From IMG/VR virus record IMGVR_UViG_3300028581_000010: a stretch of 64,000 nt of DNA; one strand, written 5' to 3'. The notes under the pieces are model-generated. The model made no database searches. It was not told the DNA's origin and saw only the letters and a list, made by a program, of their open reading frames with translations. The stretch is from a virus (Duplodnaviria; Caudoviricetes). Positions 1 through 8,569 of this stretch are shown piece after piece. Within the stretch, counting starts at the first letter, position 1; every line of letters starts with the position of its first letter. The translations under genes were made by a program, and so were the position numbers.

Positions 1-149
1 AGCGGAATGACGCGGATGTCGTCCTTCTTACGACGACCCCAGACACCCTTGGCCCACATGCTTACAAAATAGTAGGCCTCTCCATCCTTCGGAAAGATGA
101 ACTTCACACCCGCTAGCGGTCCTTTTGTCGATAGGTCCTTAATGTGCAT
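1..149 (-). CDS. hypothetical protein, partial (runs off the window edge)
   Basis: ATG at 149 overlapping the end of the phosphatase gene; open to base 1 (MHIKDLSTKGPLAGVKFIFP...). Confidence 0.55.
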   Translation of the reverse strand, partial: MHIKDLSTKGPLAGVKFIFPKDGEAYYFVSMWAKGVWGRRKKDDIRVIP

Positions 150-702
150 CTTCTTTCTCCTTTTCCTCAGGGCCTGTGAACAGTACGCCGTTCATGGATT
201 TCTTCCAGTTCTTGACGAACTCTTCCATATTGTCGTTGCCGGTATAGCACAGCTTCTGGTCTGCGTAGTGCAGAACCATTGTGTTGGGCCACGCAAAGGG
301 CGTGATCTCAAGCAAGCGCTGCATTGCCTCGCCGTTGTCCATGCCGGACAACCGTAGAAGTATGAAAGCGGCCGCAGTGGATCTGCATGCACCGGCAAAG
401 CAGTGAATGAGCACGTTGTACTCTCGAGTGCTGGTGACGAGCCCTTGTAGGAAATTAACAAGGATAGACACGGAGTCTTCATCAGGTCCGAGCAGGTGCG
501 TCGCTTCACCTTCCACATCATAAAAGTATGTGGCGAAATGGCAGATGTCCTGCGAATTGTTACGCTTGTTGACCTCCTTGATCATCTGGACAGCCTCGTA
601 ATCATCTGGGTCTACGATACTGACCCACGCGTTATATCTATGCTTTACGCTTGCTACTTGCTCTGCGATGTGCAGGCTTACTACTTTTAGGTCTTTTATC
701 AT
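139..702 (-). CDS. protein-tyrosine/dual-specificity phosphatase-like protein
   Basis: CX5R P-loop HCFAGACRSTAA, upstream acid-loop-like FYDVE, C-terminal AWPN typical of small bacterial/phage PTP-like proteins. Confidence 0.85.
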   Translation of the reverse strand: MIKDLKVVSLHIAEQVASVKHRYNAWVSIVDPDDYEAVQMIKEVNKRNNSQDICHFATYFYDVEGEATHLLGPDEDSVSILVNFLQGLVTSTREYNVLIHCFAGACRSTAAAFILLRLSGMDNGEAMQRLLEITPFAWPNTMVLHYADQKLCYTGNDNMEEFVKNWKKSMNGVLFTGPEEKEKEDAH

Positions 703-1033
703 AGTTTGGTTTGTGTAGCACTCCCGAAGAGGTCCGATCCATCTGGTAAAGAAGTCCGGCCATAATCTCCACGTAGCGCTCGTTGGTTGCGTTCTTGTCG
801 TTTAGTACGTTAAGTAAAAAATGAACCTTCTCATGGTAGAACGTTTGCATGAGAAACTCATCAGACATTGGTTGAGGAGATGTAGCGGGATTCTGTAGTA
901 GTATCTTGCCTACCGAGTAATGCGCTTCTCCGAGGTTGCCTGTTTCCTCGAGTAGGTCATCTACAAAAGAGACCTCGATCTTGTACCCAAACAGAGAGAA
1001 CTCCCTAGGTATTATACCATTAAGATGTTCCAT
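638..1033 (-). CDS. small HExxH zinc-metallopeptidase-like protein
   Basis: QTFYHEKVH motif with downstream Glu (NERYVE). Confidence 0.65.
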   Translation of the reverse strand: MEHLNGIIPREFSLFGYKIEVSFVDDLLEETGNLGEAHYSVGKILLQNPATSPQPMSDEFLMQTFYHEKVHFLLNVLNDKNATNERYVEIMAGLLYQMDRTSSGVLHKPNYDKRPKSSKPAHRRASSKRKA

Positions 1034-1171
1034 CGGCCTCCTTGGTCGGAGTTGTTGGGTGTAGGCTGTTTAAGGCCTCCTGCAGCTCTTCAGCCGCAGA
1101 CATAATGTGCCCGTTATCTAATTTATACATTACGTGCAGCGCGCTGCCGTACATCTTGTGCGCCACCTCCA

Positions 1172-1477
1172 TTAGCTTATCCTTGGGGCATTGAGTTCAG
1201 CCTTTTCCTCCGCAGCGACAGGTGTATAGTGTTTGCAGCAGACCTCATCTATGCATACAGCTGCCTCCCAACACTCCTCCGTTTCGCGACTGAGTCGCAG
1301 CAGCAGTCGTGATAGATGCGGATTCCCGCGTGCGAAGTCAGCAAAACCATCCTGCTTGAGAGCAACGGTCAAATGCTGAAAAAAATCTCTAAGCGCATCA
1401 TATCTCAATGATGCAACTGCTTGGGCTAGGGCCTCTGGGGGCAATCCACCCACTGTTGTTTTATGTGAACATTTCAT
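1172..1477 (-). CDS. hypothetical protein
   Basis: 101-aa ORF in a co-directional gene run. Confidence 0.6.
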   Translation of the reverse strand: MKCSHKTTVGGLPPEALAQAVASLRYDALRDFFQHLTVALKQDGFADFARGNPHLSRLLLRLSRETEECWEAAVCIDEVCCKHYTPVAAEEKAELNAPRIS

Positions 1478-1538
1478 AATTGAAACTAACGAATAGGGGC
1501 CACAGTATTACCTGTGGCCCCGTTGCGTTCACTCTCGG

Positions 1539-1790
1539 TTATCGAGAGGCGCGTTTGCCTTTGACCGCCTTGGCCTTGGTCGTAACCTTGGCTGCCGCCT
1601 TGCGAGGCTTGGCTTTTGCAGTACGGTTCTGCGAGGCCACGGTGATGGAGCGCTTGACGCCACGTAGCTTGTCGGCGCTGGTGAGAGCCTTGAAGCATGT
1701 GATGAGGTCCGCGTTATCCGTGATACCGTTCTGAATTGCGAGTTTTACGGCACCCGCGTGCACTTTGTTTGTATTGTTGGTTTGTTTCAT
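1539..1790 (-). CDS. small basic protein with Lys/Ala-rich tail (possible nucleic-acid binder)
   Basis: Likely start MKQTNN at 1790; tail KAKPRKAAAKVTTKAKAVKGKRASR. Confidence 0.6.
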   Translation of the reverse strand: MKQTNNTNKVHAGAVKLAIQNGITDNADLITCFKALTSADKLRGVKRSITVASQNRTAKAKPRKAAAKVTTKAKAVKGKRASR

Positions 1791-1829
1791 TGTACTTGTT
1801 CTTTGTTCTGCCCTGCTGGGCAAAAGTGT

Positions 1830-3167
1830 TTATTCCTTTAGGTTGTAGTAGTAGCTACGCTCGTTAATTGGTGTGCGTATAAACTTGCCAGATCCTACCA
1901 TCTTGCTTGAGATGTATTGAAATGTTTTTGTTATACCCTTCTCTGCTAGGTAGTTAACGATCGTCCTTTTGTATACTCCTGGAAAAGGTCGGCTATGGCC
2001 ATCTGCCAGCCATTGCTGCTTAACCTCCATGATACATGTGGCGATGTGCTCGAATATATCCTCGAAGCTGGTGTAGTCTACCTCACGGTGCTGTTTTTTA
2101 GGTGCGAGTTTACGCTCCTTGCGCTCCGCTACCTCTTGTGTAATAAACCCCTCAGGCTTCTTGGGCAGTATGCGCCCCATTGGAAATGGTTCGTTAAACT
2201 GCTGCGGGTACTGCTTATTGACTAAAGCCTCTACATAACGTACAACCGCCTGCTTAGCCTCCTCCAGCTTCTGGCGGTTGTTGAGCTCTTGCTGCAGTAG
2301 TAGCTGTCGATTGCTGGTTAGCTCGCGTATTTCTTCTGTCGTTTTTAACGCTTTTGCAAGTGCCTCCAGGCTAAGTTCGTCGTCGCCGACAGCCTCGTCT
2401 TCTGGTAATTCTAGTGTAGTGTCTTCCATTTCATCGTTAAGTGTGAGTCCTATAATCACACACTTGTTTAACTTTCCAAGTATGTGCTCGTACGCAAACA
2501 TATCATATCTTGTCACACCATCTTCACACAGTATGGCTAAAGATACATTACGTGTTCCGCCTTCCTTCTGCAAAAGCTCATCCGCCTCCAGCTGTATTGC
2601 CAGCCCGAGCTGTTCGCTGAGCTGGTTGAGCTCTAGCAGCTTCTTATAGCGCTGCATTCCACCAACCCACAGTATTTTATCTCCCCCATCGCGACCATTT
2701 ACGACAAATGTGACGTATATACGGCTACCTGGTTTGGAGTTCTTCAGATTAGCTAAAATTTTGGCTACATTCTCTTCTGTTGGACCCGACTCTAGGTCCA
2801 TCCATGCAATCATTAAGTTATCCTTGGCGTATTTGTCGTACACCGTATTAACCTCTCCACGAACGTGCTCGTGACACTCCAGTGTGTCTATGGCAACGTC
2901 TCGCATACCAGGCTCTCCAAGGCTACTGTAGCCGTGAAAGCGCCTGTCTACTGTTACAAGCTTTACTCTGCGCTTGTAGTCTTCGTTCTTGTAAAATCTG
3001 TTTCGCAGAATATCTGCCTCATGGTAGCCGTGATCTGACGGCATTGTCATGATTACGTATGGCATACCCTTATGCTCTTCTTCAAAAATATCTATTCTAC
3101 TGTCAAAGAAACGCCTTGCTTGTATTTTAGCCAAGCTCAGCTGCACTCCTTCGTTGTTTACTCCCAT
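1830..3167 (-). CDS. hypothetical protein (445 aa) with central coiled coil
   Basis: Long ORF downstream of the promoter motif at 3209-3217; heptad-rich segment LKTTEEIRELTSNRQLLLQQELNNRQKLEEAK. Confidence 0.8.
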   Translation of the reverse strand: MGVNNEGVQLSLAKIQARRFFDSRIDIFEEEHKGMPYVIMTMPSDHGYHEADILRNRFYKNEDYKRRVKLVTVDRRFHGYSSLGEPGMRDVAIDTLECHEHVRGEVNTVYDKYAKDNLMIAWMDLESGPTEENVAKILANLKNSKPGSRIYVTFVVNGRDGGDKILWVGGMQRYKKLLELNQLSEQLGLAIQLEADELLQKEGGTRNVSLAILCEDGVTRYDMFAYEHILGKLNKCVIIGLTLNDEMEDTTLELPEDEAVGDDELSLEALAKALKTTEEIRELTSNRQLLLQQELNNRQKLEEAKQAVVRYVEALVNKQYPQQFNEPFPMGRILPKKPEGFITQEVAERKERKLAPKKQHREVDYTSFEDIFEHIATCIMEVKQQWLADGHSRPFPGVYKRTIVNYLAEKGITKTFQYISSKMVGSGKFIRTPINERSYYYNLKE

Positions 3168-3208
3168 AGTTAAAATTCAGTCGGTGCTGGTTAAACAGTA
3201 CTCAGAGT

Positions 3209-3217
3209 ATTATACCA
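3209..3217 (-). promoter_or_regulatory. extended -10 promoter TGGTATAAT
   Basis: Recurrent intergenic motif immediately after a terminator. Confidence 0.75.
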
Positions 3218-3230
3218 ATATTTCTGGGCA

Positions 3231-3258
3231 CTAAAAAAGCAGCCAGCAGGCTGCTTTC
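3231..3258 (-). terminator. intrinsic terminator
   Basis: AAAGCAGCC-TGCT-GGCTGCTTT stem followed by TTTTTTAG. Confidence 0.8.
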
Positions 3259-3284
3259 CTCTTGTTTTGCTTGTACGTTTGGTG

Positions 3285-3401
3285 TTATCGCTTAGGTGTA
3301 TGGAAAAACCACCCCATAAACATAGCGACTACTATTCCAACTGTGACAAGTGATGTCTGATTGAGGAGAACAAGGGCTCCTCCTACTGCTAATATGCTCA
3401 T
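3285..3401 (-). CDS. 38-aa hydrophobic membrane microprotein (not in ORF track)
   Basis: MSILAVGGALVLLNQTSLVTVGIVVAMFMGWFFHTPKR; own promoter CGGTATAAT at 3410-3418 and terminator at 3231-3258. Confidence 0.6.
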   Translation of the reverse strand: MSILAVGGALVLLNQTSLVTVGIVVAMFMGWFFHTPKR

Positions 3402-3409
3402 TTCAAGTA

Positions 3410-3470
3410 ATTATACCGTAAAAGAGCTCAAATCTAAAAAAACGCTCATTGCGTTCAAATTATTATACCA
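3410..3470 (-). promoter_or_regulatory. two tandem YGGTATAAT promoters
   Basis: Motifs at 3410-3418 and 3462-3470, both followed by NNN-TTGAA. Confidence 0.7.
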
Positions 3471-3490
3471 AGAAAATTAGAAATTGCTAA

Positions 3491-3898
3491 TTATCTACCA
3501 GCATAGCGTACTGCCGGTGGTGTAGCTTGGGGCTGCGGCACCGCAGCAGGCTTTTGTGTTAGATTAGCGTACTGATTCTTGTAGTATGGTGCTACAACGT
3601 TAGTTAAGTTGTTACCTACTGCGTTAACTGCTCTATGCACACCCGTCCACATAGCTGCCGATGGAAGACTTAGACCGGAGATAGGGTTTGCCAGCGTTTC
3701 TTCCATAAAGCTTGGTTGCGCGCTCGCAATCTTCTTAGGAAGGCCTTTATGCTTGGTTGCGGCGAAGTCATGGAGCTGCTTTTTGCTCAGAGACTCGGCT
3801 AGCCGACGTATTTCAGGAGTAGCAGTGGACAATTTGCCTTTTTTATAGGCGTATGCTTGTCCAAATAGACGTTGTTGGCTTTGAGATACAGCTGGCAT
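3491..3898 (-). CDS. protein with DUF3008-like N-terminal domain
   Basis: MPAVSQSQQRLFG...SLSKKQLHDFAATKHKGLP matches the DUF3008 pattern; followed by KKIAS junction and a Pro/Gln tail. Confidence 0.7.
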   Translation of the reverse strand: MPAVSQSQQRLFGQAYAYKKGKLSTATPEIRRLAESLSKKQLHDFAATKHKGLPKKIASAQPSFMEETLANPISGLSLPSAAMWTGVHRAVNAVGNNLTNVVAPYYKNQYANLTQKPAAVPQPQATPPAVRYAGR

Positions 3899-3903
3899 AA
3901 CAA

Positions 3904-4332
3904 TTATTTACCGAACATGAGCTTGATTTTGCGTTTTATCTTAGAAATGTCTAGATTCATCTCTGTTTCAGTATATCTTAACACAATGTAGCCCTTTTTT
4001 TCCAGTCTTTCAGTAACCTTTTTGTCCTTGGCGGCCTGTTTTGGCTTACCGTGCCAAAAATCTCCGTCTGTAAAGAGCACATAATTGGGCTCGACGACGG
4101 CGTCTGCGACACAAATACCGGCTACAGGCTGCTGCTTCTTGAAGCCTATACCAAGCGCCCCTAAAAGTTCATACATTTTAGTCTCAATGTACGTTTCAGG
4201 ATGCTTTCCGTTGAGGTAACCACGTATGCCTGCACACTTTGCACTACATGTCTTACCGTTCAGCATCCTTTTTGGAGGCTTAACCCATTCCCTTTTGCAA
4301 AAAGGACAAATTTTTAGCTCTTTTTTAACCAA
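3904..4332 (-). CDS. DUF559/Vsr-like endonuclease with N-terminal Zn finger (putative free-standing homing endonuclease)
   Basis: CPFC...TCSAKC, then TYIE...ADAVV...FTDGDFWHG...GYIVLRY. Confidence 0.8.
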   Translation of the reverse strand: MVKKELKICPFCKREWVKPPKRMLNGKTCSAKCAGIRGYLNGKHPETYIETKMYELLGALGIGFKKQQPVAGICVADAVVEPNYVLFTDGDFWHGKPKQAAKDKKVTERLEKKGYIVLRYTETEMNLDISKIKRKIKLMFGK

Positions 4333-7099
4333 TTTTTAACTTTCTTCGCACTTTGGCGAGCTCGTCGACCTTTTTGCCGGCAACCTTGCAAAATTCTTGC
4401 AGTGTTTTGGGGCCGGCAGGGTCCACTGGAAGGTTAATATACTCATCCTCGCTCAAAAATGCGTATTTTGTGTAGTTTTTTAGGTAAATTAAGTCATTTT
4501 TGTTGCACCAGTCGCTAGACCTGTCATCTGTAATACCACTTGCGCGCCTAAATACACCCGCAACTTTCTCTGACGAGCCCTTCAAGATACCAGCTGACTC
4601 CGCAGCCAGTCTAGCCTCGTTATCTTTTGCATTTTGCGCCTCCTGTGCAACCTGCGCACGGTACTTTTCTTCTAAACTTTGAGTCCGTTGATCGGTAACT
4701 TGCTGTTGCTGCGCTTGTCTTTGTGCATTAAAGCGAGAGCTGATGTATGACTTCATGTCACCTCCAGCCTGAGCACGCGGATCTTGGCTGTAGTCCTGTT
4801 CAAACTGCAGGCGTTGCTCCTTCTTACGATTAGACGCCACCGCTAACTGTGCCTCTAGCGCTCTTTCTGCGTTTGCATTAGAGCTATTCTCTATATCTTG
4901 AGCTATTCGTTGCTGATTAGCTGTGAGCAAGCCTGTTATTGAGCCCACCGGATCTATAGCTCCTCTCCATATATTTCCAGCCACCGACCCATTAGCCCTG
5001 GAGTCCACTTGTTCTTGCAGATACTGCGGAACTTCTCCATAACGCGCTGCATCAACTAGCCGCGCTGCGCTGGTCAGATGTACAGCTGGCAGCACCCCTG
5101 AAGACATTGTTGCGGCACCTGAGCCTGCAGCTACTAGATCACCATTATATACATCGGTTGCAACCCCTAAACCTATGAGCGACTTCCCAACATTGCCCGC
5201 GAAGCGTCCAGGTCGCGAGCTTCTAGGTGTGACAGGCTGCGCAGGTTGTGGAGCTACTGCACCGCCAGCGGAAGGCCCACTAATCAATGGATGCGGTTGC
5301 CCAGGAATTATAGGCGCAGCGTTTTTCGGCGCCGGTGTGGTGAATGCAGGCCGCGGCAGAGGCTGCGTTTTTTTAGGTATAGTGCCTGGCTGCTTAGGTA
5401 TAATAGGCTGCGTTTTAATTGCTGTGTTTATCTTTGGTGGTGGGGGCAGTGTTTCCGGTACACCAGGTATCACAACTTTTGGAGCTGTACCTGGTGCAGG
5501 TTGCCGGCTACTTGCTGGTGTAAAGCCTTGCACAGGCTGCGTTAAATCCTTACTAAGTTTTTCAAGCATACTCATAGGTTGTTCTTTCTTTTGTTTATGC
5601 TCTTTAAGCTTATCCATCACCTTTGAAATAAGGTACGACCCTACAGCAAGCCCACCTGTAGCCGCCATGACCTTAAGATTCTTAATCTTCTGGTGGCGCA
5701 CATCACTGCGCAGCGTCTTAGCCGCGTCCGCAACGTCGAAGTTATACCCAACACCACGTCCTTGAATTCTCGGATTTTCGTGCTCGAGCAGTTGCTCGAA
5801 ATGCTTTCTTCTGTCGGCATGCGCCGTGTCCCACGTAACTGCCGAAGGTATCTCGTGTGTTACGTTGGAGGCATTGCCTTCAAAGTGCTTCATGAACAAG
5901 TCTCTGTTCGTATTGGGAAGCACGTTGATAATCTTACCCACTTCTTCGCCAGGCATATGCATCAGCTCGCCCACAGTGGAGCCGGGTACAGTCATCACAT
6001 AATGTGAGTCTGCAAATTTGCGTGCAACCTCGCCCTGCGGAATACGGTCGATAAAGTTCACGCCGCTAAACCTGGCCTTACCCTCAGGAGTTGCAATATA
6101 GTCCTGTAGCTCCTTGAAAAAGTTGTCGCTACGCATGCCGCGCATCTGCATCGGGTTTTTATCCCAGGTAGAGCCTAGCAGTGCGTCTAACTCAAAATTG
6201 TTGCCGTGTTTGGCCCGCATAGCCTCCACGACGTCATCTAAGAAAAAACGTTTGCTGACGTCGTACCGGCGCGTGGCATAGTTCTTGGCCCCAGGGCGCC
6301 TGAGTAGCTTATCTGCCATCGTAGCCGGCAGATCCTCAGTTCCAGCTACGGCCAGCTCATCAAATACCATAGGAGCGGCGTTTCCTCCGCCCATGGTAAA
6401 GAATGCCTTTTTTCTAGCCGCTGGCGACCAGTCCTTAACTGTGTATGGCGTATTAAATGCATCGCTTACAGGTATGTTACCCACGCGCATGCTCGGCAGT
6501 TTACCTGTGTGCTCCTCGGGCATGGTATAGTGCTCGTCTTTGCCTGGTGTCCAATATCTATGAAAGCGCTTTTTATCGCCGCGTACCGCCATGGCATCCT
6601 GCCCGGCTGTATCATATATTTTACGTGTGTTTACAAAGTTACCGGAGTCAAAGTCCGTATTCAGCCTTATCTTGACCTTACCTGCGTCTACAATTGCAGG
6701 TCTGCCAAACTCATGCCCCACGCCGATGACAGCATCATAGTCTGGTGGACTAGCTGCCTGGCGGACAACAGTGCGAGCTATTCCTTTGGCATCTTTCCCG
6801 CTGGTTGGCCATGGATCGTGGTCTACATTAAGACCTTGTTCTTTTAGCGCCTTAATCAGTGCGTGAGCCTGTGAGGAAAAGCTGTCTTTTGATGTATTGT
6901 TCGAAGCTATGTACGGCTGCGGGCCTCCCAACACGCGCACATGCGGAGTTGCGTCTAAGTTAAATACACGAGTACCTCCATGGTGCGCAAACTGCGCGGC
7001 AGTGGCTAAGCCTCCACCAGCCGCGAGCACTTTCAACGCCGTAGACGGGTCTATGGCGGGTTCATTAGGAGTTTCTTCAACTGGAGGCAGCTCGGGCAT
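4325..7099 (-). CDS. large modular protein: GT-B (GT28/MurG-like) glycosyltransferase flanked by Gly-rich hydrophobic helices, Pro-rich linker, coiled-coil C-terminus
   Basis: FFTMGGGN, FIDRIP, MTVPGSTVGEL motifs; helices LAAGGGLATAA and MAATGGLAVGSYLI; likely ATG at 7099 after TATAAT. Confidence 0.7.
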   Translation of the reverse strand: MPELPPVEETPNEPAIDPSTALKVLAAGGGLATAAQFAHHGGTRVFNLDATPHVRVLGGPQPYIASNNTSKDSFSSQAHALIKALKEQGLNVDHDPWPTSGKDAKGIARTVVRQAASPPDYDAVIGVGHEFGRPAIVDAGKVKIRLNTDFDSGNFVNTRKIYDTAGQDAMAVRGDKKRFHRYWTPGKDEHYTMPEEHTGKLPSMRVGNIPVSDAFNTPYTVKDWSPAARKKAFFTMGGGNAAPMVFDELAVAGTEDLPATMADKLLRRPGAKNYATRRYDVSKRFFLDDVVEAMRAKHGNNFELDALLGSTWDKNPMQMRGMRSDNFFKELQDYIATPEGKARFSGVNFIDRIPQGEVARKFADSHYVMTVPGSTVGELMHMPGEEVGKIINVLPNTNRDLFMKHFEGNASNVTHEIPSAVTWDTAHADRRKHFEQLLEHENPRIQGRGVGYNFDVADAAKTLRSDVRHQKIKNLKVMAATGGLAVGSYLISKVMDKLKEHKQKKEQPMSMLEKLSKDLTQPVQGFTPASSRQPAPGTAPKVVIPGVPETLPPPPKINTAIKTQPIIPKQPGTIPKKTQPLPRPAFTTPAPKNAAPIIPGQPHPLISGPSAGGAVAPQPAQPVTPRSSRPGRFAGNVGKSLIGLGVATDVYNGDLVAAGSGAATMSSGVLPAVHLTSAARLVDAARYGEVPQYLQEQVDSRANGSVAGNIWRGAIDPVGSITGLLTANQQRIAQDIENSSNANAERALEAQLAVASNRKKEQRLQFEQDYSQDPRAQAGGDMKSYISSRFNAQRQAQQQQVTDQRTQSLEEKYRAQVAQEAQNAKDNEARLAAESAGILKGSSEKVAGVFRRASGITDDRSSDWCNKNDLIYLKNYTKYAFLSEDEYINLPVDPAGPKTLQEFCKVAGKKVDELAKVRRKLKIG

Positions 7100-7146
7100 A
7101 TACTCTATATTATACAAAAGTCAACAATTCCTGGAAAGCTTTAATA

Positions 7147-7177
7147 GCTAAAAAGAGGACCGCCGCGGGTCCTCTAG
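7147..7177 (-). terminator. intrinsic terminator
   Basis: AGAGGACC-CGCGGC-GGTCCTCT then TTTTAGC. Confidence 0.8.
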
Positions 7178-7186
7178 CTAGAGTAA

Positions 7187-7702
7187 TTATAGCTTTGTTG
7201 CTGCGAACTCCTCTGGAAAGAACACACGAAGCACTCTAACAGCGTTTCGTACGTTTTTTCCTACCCAGATATGCTTGTCTCCGAAGTGCACAAAGCGCAC
7301 ACGGCTGTCGGTTATCTCCAGCATCAGGTTTGGGTGTGACGGGCAGATCCAGCATGTGCCTGCTCTGTGTTGGAACTTGTTCACGATCAGCGTATTAATG
7401 GCCAGATTGCCGCCTACTATACTACGAAAGGCCGCCCCCATGCTCGTCATTAGTACGTTCTGCGTTTCACAGGTGTCAAGCAGCGCATCCGTCATATGAT
7501 ATTGACGGAAGTACAGCCGCATCCACGAAGTGGCGGCGAGTACCCATATGGCAGCTACTATGTTTGCGTCCAGGCAAAATAGCACAAAACACAGCACGTT
7601 AAGCAAGTAGAGCCAGTCCGGACCTGGAAACCACTCCTTGATGTTGTTGGAGAAATGCTTAACGCTGTTGTATATCTTCTTCATATTTAATGAGTTGTAC
7701 AA
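7187..7702 (-). CDS. hypothetical membrane protein
   Basis: Hydrophobic stretch WLYLLNVLCFVLFCLDANIVAAIWVLAATSW. Confidence 0.65.
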   Translation of the reverse strand: MYNSLNMKKIYNSVKHFSNNIKEWFPGPDWLYLLNVLCFVLFCLDANIVAAIWVLAATSWMRLYFRQYHMTDALLDTCETQNVLMTSMGAAFRSIVGGNLAINTLIVNKFQHRAGTCWICPSHPNLMLEITDSRVRFVHFGDKHIWVGKNVRNAVRVLRVFFPEEFAATKL

Positions 7703-7737
7703 TCTTTTCGAGGATTGTTATAATCTTGAGACGCTTA

Positions 7738-7854
7738 TCCGGCGGCATGAAACCCGCAGGCTTTAGGGCCTCGCGGGCATGCACGCCTTCGGGAAATGTC
7801 CTGTTAATGATGAGAGGCGTCCTCGGCTAGCTGACGAATGTCAGCCAACGCCTC
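7738..7854 (-). ncRNA. candidate structured non-coding RNA (two long stem-loops)
   Basis: Intergenic; stems TCC/GGA, GGCG/CGCC, GCATG/CATGC, CCCGC/GCGGG, AGGC/GCCT and GAGGCGT/ACGCCTC enclosing TGGCTGAC/GTCAGCTA. Confidence 0.5.
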
Positions 7855-8182
7855 AGGTGAACATGCAGGTGATGGCATAAACTGAGTTCTGTGTGCACAC
7901 CACGCCGCCCTCGGCAGTTATATCAATCGCCTTCAGGGTTGATGTGACGAACTCTCCAGGAGTCTCAACTCCGTTACGAATACGTCTGGCTACCCGAATA
8001 GGCTTGCCGTATTCGATGTCGTTCAGCAGCTCACCTACGAGACTGTAGTCGATGGGTAGAGAAAGATCTTCTTCACCAGCAGGCCCAACGCCTGGAATCC
8101 ACTTCTCCATAGGACAGCTGCCTACCTTTGCGTCAGGCGCTTCTTTTAACTTCTTAACTAGTACGGTTGTACCTTTTATCAT
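7853..8182 (-). CDS. hypothetical protein
   Basis: 109-aa ORF, start overlaps upstream stop. Confidence 0.75.
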   Translation of the reverse strand: MIKGTTVLVKKLKEAPDAKVGSCPMEKWIPGVGPAGEEDLSLPIDYSLVGELLNDIEYGKPIRVARRIRNGVETPGEFVTSTLKAIDITAEGGVVCTQNSVYAITCMFT

Positions 8183-8364
8183 GTTTGTTTGGTTGTTGTT
8201 TGTTTGAGGTTGACCACCACGTGGGGTGTTTTCATGGCATTGATGCCGTAGTCTTTGAGCAGAATGGCGTCGGCGTCTGATAGAAGCTCTGCCTCGATTT
8301 CTGCAACCAGCTTATATTGAGCTGGATCTTTACTGGATACGTCCTTGTAAACGTAAGTGCTCAT
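8179..8364 (-). CDS. hypothetical protein
   Basis: 61-aa ORF translationally coupled to neighbours. Confidence 0.6.
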   Translation of the reverse strand: MSTYVYKDVSSKDPAQYKLVAEIEAELLSDADAILLKDYGINAMKTPHVVVNLKQTTTKQT

Positions 8365-8569
8365 TTTCTTCCTTTAGCTTCCAAGCGTTGTAGTAGATTT
8401 CTTCTTTCGAGTTAGGCTCCATGATAGGAAGCCAGTGCACCTCGAGAGGCGCACAGCTTCCCATCAATAGAATAAGAGCCAGCAAAAGGGCTCTAGGCAG
8501 CATTGCAGCAGTCTCTCCAGTGAGTACGATCGCTGCTGAACTGCCAGCGGTTGATGTGGAGGTCCTCAA
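8330..8569 (-). CDS. small putative lipoprotein (true start probably MLPRALL)
   Basis: Signal peptide with lipobox-like LMGSC. Confidence 0.5.
   Translation of the reverse strand: MRTSTSTAGSSAAIVLTGETAAMLPRALLLALILLMGSCAPLEVHWLPIMEPNSKEEIYYNAWKLKEENEHLRLQGRIQ

Noticed and set aside
1011-1019. TGGTATAAT matches at 1011-1019 and 26421-26429
   Set aside because: Both lie in coding sequence and lack the downstream TTG and upstream terminator; probably incidental.
5175-6847. Opposite-strand ORFs in the track (e.g. 5175-5765, 17093-17905, 36880-37491, 56324-56875, 61145-62044)
   Set aside because: They are antisense shadows of motif-bearing genes, with no motifs or promoters of their own.
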